A DNA stretch of 64,000 nt from an uncultured Acidobacteriota bacterium (lineage in GTDB: Bacteria > Acidobacteriota > Thermoanaerobaculia > Gp7-AA8). This document shows positions 59,343 to 64,000 of the stretch, piece after piece (the stretch's first letter is position 1; every line of letters starts with the position of its first letter). The DNA is taken from positions 544,001-608,000 of the forward strand of contig CAVUKB010000005.1 of assembly GCA_963741955.1 (NCBI GenBank), given 5' to 3'. The position numbers were made by a program, and so were the translations under genes. The notes below the pieces were generated by a model that was given only the letters and a program-made list of their open reading frames with translations, did not search any database and was not told the origin of the DNA.

Positions 59343-59576
59343 CTAGTGCTTCGTGTCCTTCGGCGGGTTCGGGTCGGGGCCGAAGCTGTCGGTGTCGCGG
59401 ATCTTCTTGTCGCGGCCGTGGATCACGATCTCCGAGTGGTTCTTCTCGGCGAGCGGACGCGCGGCTTCGATCGCCTCCCCCTGGGTGTCGTGGAGGCTGG
59501 ACGCGCGTTCGTCGCCTGCGCCCTTCACTGCCCAGGACCCGTCTTTCCGGTGCGTTACGTGGATGCTCTTCTTCAT
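59343..59576 (-). CDS. DUF2188-family protein
   Basis: HVT...WAVKG...TQGEAI...IHGRDKKIR...SFGPDPNPPKD; AAGGAG RBS. Confidence 0.85.
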   Translation of the reverse strand: MKKSIHVTHRKDGSWAVKGAGDERASSLHDTQGEAIEAARPLAEKNHSEIVIHGRDKKIRDTDSFGPDPNPPKDTKH

Positions 59577-59585
59577 GGTGTTCTC

Positions 59586-59624
59586 CTTATGTAAGGTCGT
59601 GTTCTGTAAGCTGACTGTGCTGAC
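59586..59624. promoter_or_regulatory. Candidate operator cluster upstream of the CBASS operon
   Basis: TGTAAGCTGACT at 59605-59616 plus extra TGTAAG and GCTGAC half-sites. Confidence 0.55.
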
Positions 59625-59642
59625 ACTGCGGGCAAATTTTTT

Positions 59643-60350
59643 TCAGAGCGTCATTTGCGCTCCGCTTGGCTTGTAGATGCCGTCGAGCCGGATTCGCGCG
59701 ACGACGGGGTTGACGTCGAAGACGTCAGCGAGGTGCCGAATCACCTCGTCGCGCCGATTCGGGTCGATGTCCTCGATGGCGAGCATCCCGCGGGTCGTGA
59801 GGAACGGCCGCACCGCCTCGACGACGAGCTGCCGCGGCAGCAGGAGGGGGCCGATCGCCTTGTGCGCCTGGTGCTCCCACCAGCGTCCATCGTAGCCACC
59901 GCGCCCGGAGCCTCCGCCCTTGCCTTCATCGCGACAGAGGATCTTCGTCCCGGTGACGTCAGGGTCGCTCCCGAAGAGCGTGAGCCCCGGTTCCGCGAGG
60001 GCGAAGAGGTGCGCGTGGAAGAGCCCGTGGCCCGCCTCGTGCGCGAGCGTCGTGTTGATCCGCCGCTCGGCGACGCGGGTGCCTTCCGTCGACAGCGCTG
60101 CGGCGACGTGGACGCTCGTCACGCCTGACTGCCCGAAGCACGAGTAGCCGAGCACGCCCTCGGGCACGTCGTCGTACTGGATGGACACGCGGAAGTGCTT
60201 CTCCACGAACCGGTCGATCCTGACTGGGCTGGGGGTCGCGGGCAGGTAGCCCGCTGACGTCAGCGCATCCTCGCAGGTGCGTTCGATCTCGGCGTCCGTG
60301 TAGTACGGTCGCACCGAGAAAGGCCCGGTATTTGCGCGGAAGTTCTTCAT
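59643..60350 (-). CDS. ImmA/IrrE-family zinc metallopeptidase (CapP-like)
   Basis: RRINTTLAHEAGH...WWEHQA...LLLPR...LADVFDVN; overlaps the HTH gene. Confidence 0.85.
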   Translation of the reverse strand: MKNFRANTGPFSVRPYYTDAEIERTCEDALTSAGYLPATPSPVRIDRFVEKHFRVSIQYDDVPEGVLGYSCFGQSGVTSVHVAAALSTEGTRVAERRINTTLAHEAGHGLFHAHLFALAEPGLTLFGSDPDVTGTKILCRDEGKGGGSGRGGYDGRWWEHQAHKAIGPLLLPRQLVVEAVRPFLTTRGMLAIEDIDPNRRDEVIRHLADVFDVNPVVARIRLDGIYKPSGAQMTL

Positions 60351-60691
60351 TTCTTCGAGGGGCCCTTCGAGGACTTTTCGACGAACTTGAGGATCTCGTC
60401 GGCGGGCATCTGCGAGATCTTGCGGAACGCGATGCCGAGCGCCGGGTTGCGGGCGGACATCCGCTTCATCTCCTCGATGGGCGGGCGCGTATCGTACCCG
60501 CGCAGGTCTTCGACCGTCGTGTCGAGGGCGGTCGCGAGCTTCGCGAGTGCGTCGTCGGACGGGAACCGCCGTCCGAGCTCGATGTCCGAGAGGAACGCGG
60601 CCGTGAGGCCGCCCGTCCGTTTCGAGAGGTCCCGCAACGAGAGGTCCGCGGCGTCTCGCAGTTCCCGGATTCGATCTCCTAGGGTCTTCAT
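60347..60691 (-). CDS. XRE-family HTH repressor (CapH-like)
   Basis: LGDRIRELR...LSLRDLS...FLSDIELGRRFPS. Confidence 0.9.
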   Translation of the reverse strand: MKTLGDRIRELRDAADLSLRDLSKRTGGLTAAFLSDIELGRRFPSDDALAKLATALDTTVEDLRGYDTRPPIEEMKRMSARNPALGIAFRKISQMPADEILKFVEKSSKGPSKK

Positions 60692-60727
60692 GCTGTCAGC
60701 TTACACTGCTTACAACCGGGCTGTCAA
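60692..60727 (-). promoter_or_regulatory. Sigma70-type promoter giving a probably leaderless HTH mRNA, overlapped by an operator-like palindrome
   Basis: TTGACA (60727-60722), 18 nt, TAAGCT (60703-60698), 6 nt, ATG; TGTCAGCTTACA at 60694-60705. Confidence 0.65.
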
Positions 60728-60763
60728 CCCCAGTATTCCGGGCCGCCGGCGTTCCGCTGGGCG

Positions 60764-61675
60764 CTACTTCTTGAAGACGTCCGCGAGCGTCTTCGCCGCG
60801 AGGATGTCCGCGAGCAGCGCGTACCGGGGCCCCTGCGGCTTGCTGTGGATGTTCGTCCCGAGGCCCACCGGGTGCGGGAGCTCGACCGGCTCGCCCTTGA
60901 GGAGCAGCTTGTACTTACCCTCGCCGGCGTCGCCGCCGAGGTACGGCTCGATCTTCGCCACCTCGCCGTAGTGGGTGATCGCGGAGAGGGGCGCCACGCG
61001 GTACATCGCGACGTACTTGATCTTCGGGAGGCTCGCGTCGCCGATGCGGATGGCCCACCACGCGCGCTGGCCGAGGAACGCCGACGCGAAGCCGTCGTCG
61101 CGCGCCGGGCACACGACGGTGTCGAAGGACGGCGGCGCGGGCGTCACGACCTCCTCGGTCTCCGCGACGGACGCGGGCGCCGCCGCGAAGAGGTTGTACC
61201 CGAGGACGGGCATGAGGATCTGCACGTTCTTCAGGAACAGCTCGAGCCCGCCGACGTCCTCGTCGGGGACGCTCGGCAGGTTCGGCGCGTTCCCGTTGTC
61301 GAGCGTGCACCAGCCAGCGGCGCGGAGGTCTGCGACGCAGCGGCTCTCGAGGAACTGGATGCCGGACTTCGTGAGCGAGCCGTCCGCGCTGAAGAAGACG
61401 ACGAGCGACGTCCACCAGTCCTTGCCGCCGAGGTGCGTCTTGATGCGGCTGCGGAAGCCGTCCGCCTCGCCGACGTAGACACGCGGCGCGCTCCCCGCGC
61501 CGCCCTGGTTCACGAGGAAGTAGAGGCACGGGCCGTCGAGCTCCTTGCGGGCCGCGAGCTCCTTCTCGACGTCCGCGCGCGGGACGCAGAACGCGCGGCC
61601 GCTCCACTGGTCGATGCGCGCCATGCGCGGGCCCGTGGGCCGGTCGTCGTGCAGCAGGTGGAGGATGAGCTTCAT
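60764..61675 (-). CDS. GIY-YIG nuclease with an additional C-terminal domain
   Basis: CLYFLV...VYVGEA...RIKTH...KDWW...FLE...NGNAP. Confidence 0.78.
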   Translation of the reverse strand: MKLILHLLHDDRPTGPRMARIDQWSGRAFCVPRADVEKELAARKELDGPCLYFLVNQGGAGSAPRVYVGEADGFRSRIKTHLGGKDWWTSLVVFFSADGSLTKSGIQFLESRCVADLRAAGWCTLDNGNAPNLPSVPDEDVGGLELFLKNVQILMPVLGYNLFAAAPASVAETEEVVTPAPPSFDTVVCPARDDGFASAFLGQRAWWAIRIGDASLPKIKYVAMYRVAPLSAITHYGEVAKIEPYLGGDAGEGKYKLLLKGEPVELPHPVGLGTNIHSKPQGPRYALLADILAAKTLADVFKK

Positions 61676-61736
61676 TGCTCTTAGTATGTGCCGCCGCCGC
61701 AATTTACGGCAACGGCTGTGACCAGAAAGCGTGAAT

Positions 61737-62462
61737 TCAGTACTTCCACTCCGCGTGAGCAAGCGACGTCGCGTTCAGGATGCGACGAGTCTGCTTCCAC
61801 CGCGGAAGGAGTCGATCGATGAGCGCCAAAAACTGTTCATCGTGCCGGTGAAATCGCAAGTGTACGAGTTCATGCACGACGAGGTATTCAAGGCAACCTA
61901 CGGGTTTCTTTGCGAGTTCGAGGTTCAGCCAGATGCGCCGCGGTCCGACCGAGCACGCCCCCCACTTCGTCTTCATCCTCTTGATGCCGAATGCCTCCGC
62001 ATGCGCTCCTACCTTCCGCCCCCACTTCTTCAGTAGTGGGGGGAGGAGTGCGCGAAGCTGTTCGCGATACCACTCGTCGAGCAGTTCCCGTCGGCGCATC
62101 GCGTCGTCTCCGGGTCGTACGCGGATCTCCATCGTCTGCCCGCGGAGCGAGACTGCGCGCGGCGCATTCTCGACAACGACGCGCAACCGGTAGCGTCGAC
62201 CGAGGTAGTAGTGGGTCTCACCGCTCACCATCTCGCGCGCAGATTCCCGCGGTTGATTCTCAAAGCCCCGGCGCTGACGCTTGATCCATCCGAGTTTGCC
62301 AGCGACGGCCGCGCGAACGGCCGCATCCGACACCGTCACGGGCGCTGCGACTCGCACGCGTCCGTCGGGTGGATACACGCCCACGTGCAGGTTCTTGATG
62401 TCCTTTCGGACGACGGCGACGCTGATGCCGCCGATCGACAGCTGGTGGGTCCTAGTAGTCAT
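61737..62462 (-). CDS. YgjP/DUF45-like zinc metalloprotein
   Basis: MKTKWGACS...IWLN...YLVVHELVHL...HDEQF; typical position after hsdR. Confidence 0.88.
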   Translation of the reverse strand: MTTRTHQLSIGGISVAVVRKDIKNLHVGVYPPDGRVRVAAPVTVSDAAVRAAVAGKLGWIKRQRRGFENQPRESAREMVSGETHYYLGRRYRLRVVVENAPRAVSLRGQTMEIRVRPGDDAMRRRELLDEWYREQLRALLPPLLKKWGRKVGAHAEAFGIKRMKTKWGACSVGPRRIWLNLELAKKPVGCLEYLVVHELVHLRFHRHDEQFLALIDRLLPRWKQTRRILNATSLAHAEWKY

Positions 62463-64000
62463 TCTGCGATTTCACGAGTTCCAGCGTTCGCTCGACGACT
62501 GCCGCGTCGTCGATGACCGCCTCGATCGCTCGGCGGACGAGCTTAATTTTGAGTGCATTCGTGCGCCACGAATCCTGCAAGTTTGCACGCACGGCGGCAT
62601 CAACTTTAAGCGCGAGCGCTTCGTCATTCCCCAGGTTGTCGAAAAGCGCGCGCTTCGCCGGACTATCAAGAGCGGGAGGATAGCTCCCGGCGGTGGGGCC
62701 GTTCTTCGCAGCGCGCGTCAGCTCCACAATGTTCTGCAGGTAGTCCGCGTAGCTGATCGCGTCCTTGCGGCGCTTCTGAATGAGCGCGTCGAGGAGATCC
62801 GACATCTTCTCGTAGTACTTCGGGTTGATCGGCGACTCGTCGATGATCAGCTTGCGGACGTTGTTCTCGATCGTCTCGGCGACAGCCTCTTGCTTCTTCT
62901 GAATGCCTGCCGGCAGCGCTTTAACCGCATCCGCGCCCCGCTCTACGATGAGCTCGACGAGCGAGAGATCGTCAAACGCAGAAATCTTCTCACTCTCCTC
63001 CGCGCGGATGTACGTGTCGATGAGGTGGCGCATCGCAGGCTCGTATTGCTTCAGGTCGATCGCGTCGCCGCTGTGAAGCTTCACCTGCGTCCGCAGATCT
63101 TCGTAGAAGCGAACTTCGTCCTTGATCGCCGACGCCTCTGCCTCCGTGAACCCCGCTTCCGCCATTTCATTCGCGATATTCGCGTACGCCCGCACGAGCG
63201 CCGCGGTCAGTTTGTAGAGGGTCAGACGCTGCGGCTCGTTCTCCTTGAGCTGCGCGGCGTTCCCGTGCTCCGCGGACGAGAAGTAGCGGTAGAACGCCTG
63301 GTCATCACGCGGCAGCTCCACGGGTTCGCAGAGCGCGCGGACTTGTTCCAGGGCGTCCTCGAGCCGTTCGCGCGCCTTCTCGACACGGTCCTCGAGGAGG
63401 CCTGCAACATCTTCCTTGTCATACCCATCGAGCGCGCCCGAGGTGTAGTCGCCAACGGCCCCTTCGAGGCTCTTGAAGAGGTCCTTGTAGTCGATGATGT
63501 AGCCGTACTCCTTGTCGTCGCCATCGAGCCGGTTCACGCGGCAGATCGCCTGGAAGAGCCCGTGATCCTGCATCTTCTTGTCGATGTAGAGGTAGGTCGC
63601 CGGCGGCGCGTCGAAGCCGGTGAGGAGCTTGTCCACGACGATGAGGAGCTTCATCTGCCCCGGCTCGTCGATGAACTTCTTCTTCACTTCCTTCTCGAAC
63701 TTCTCGACCTTGTTCACCGCGTCTTCGGGCGCCTCGTTGAACCACTCCGCGAGCATGGCGCGGTAGATCTCGTACTTCTCGATGTTGTCCGTCTGCCCCT
63801 CGCCGGTCTCTTCACCCTTGATCTCGGCGATGTTCGGAACGTACGACGTAACGATCGCGCACTTACCCGCAAGCGGCGACTTCGCAAACAGCTCGTAGAA
63901 CTTGCATGCCTCGTAGATACTCCCGGCGACGAGGAGCGCGTTGCCGTGGCCGCTCTGCAGCCGGTCGCGCATCTCCATGTCGAGGAGGATGTCGCCGACG
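62452..64000 (-). CDS. hsdR: Type I restriction endonuclease subunit R, C-terminal part
   Basis: LLIVVDKLLTGFDAP...LYIDK...HGLFQAICRVNR...YGYIIDY; truncated by the window end. Confidence 0.93.
   Translation of the reverse strand, partial: VGDILLDMEMRDRLQSGHGNALLVAGSIYEACKFYELFAKSPLAGKCAIVTSYVPNIAEIKGEETGEGQTDNIEKYEIYRAMLAEWFNEAPEDAVNKVEKFEKEVKKKFIDEPGQMKLLIVVDKLLTGFDAPPATYLYIDKKMQDHGLFQAICRVNRLDGDDKEYGYIIDYKDLFKSLEGAVGDYTSGALDGYDKEDVAGLLEDRVEKARERLEDALEQVRALCEPVELPRDDQAFYRYFSSAEHGNAAQLKENEPQRLTLYKLTAALVRAYANIANEMAEAGFTEAEASAIKDEVRFYEDLRTQVKLHSGDAIDLKQYEPAMRHLIDTYIRAEESEKISAFDDLSLVELIVERGADAVKALPAGIQKKQEAVAETIENNVRKLIIDESPINPKYYEKMSDLLDALIQKRRKDAISYADYLQNIVELTRAAKNGPTAGSYPPALDSPAKRALFDNLGNDEALALKVDAAVRANLQDSWRTNALKIKLVRRAIEAVIDDAAVVERTLELVKSQNDY

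Larger units (their letters stand above)
53461..64000. mobile_element. tRNA-integrated genomic (defence) island, continuing beyond the window
   Basis: att-like fragment followed by a relaxase-like remnant, CBASS, a nuclease and type I R-M. Confidence 0.78.

Overview
GC-rich bacterial chromosome window; the host cannot be assigned from sequence alone. Bases 1-53.4 kb are mostly core or housekeeping genes: a rearranged kdp locus (small ORF-kdpF-kdpA-kdpC-kdpB, then an N-terminal KdpD/Usp/PTS-EIIA fusion converging on a separate KdpD kinase half plus kdpE), tkt, ABC systems, kup, glgP, an AIM24 triplet, lpdA, FTCD and hemH/hemE/hemN/hemY. This part also holds features the ORF track misses: two in-frame-UGA selenoprotein candidates with matching SECIS-like hairpins, a candidate ~270-nt structured RNA whose upstream palindrome recurs in front of the adjacent PAS-LuxR regulator, a three-copy MITE-like element and several heptamer arrays. 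From 53,461 (a duplicated tRNA-Glu 3' end, probably an att site) to the window end lies an integrated defence island. It carries a decayed replication-relaxation gene, a CBASS operon (DUF2188, HNH-SAVED, CD-NTase, E2-like/SEC-C protein and an extra 613-aa TOPRIM-like protein), an HTH/ImmA-IrrE (CapH/CapP-like) pair with a shared operator-like motif, a GIY-YIG nuclease, a YgjP-like protein and the 3' part of a type I R-M hsdR. All family calls come from motif recognition by eye; no database searches were run.
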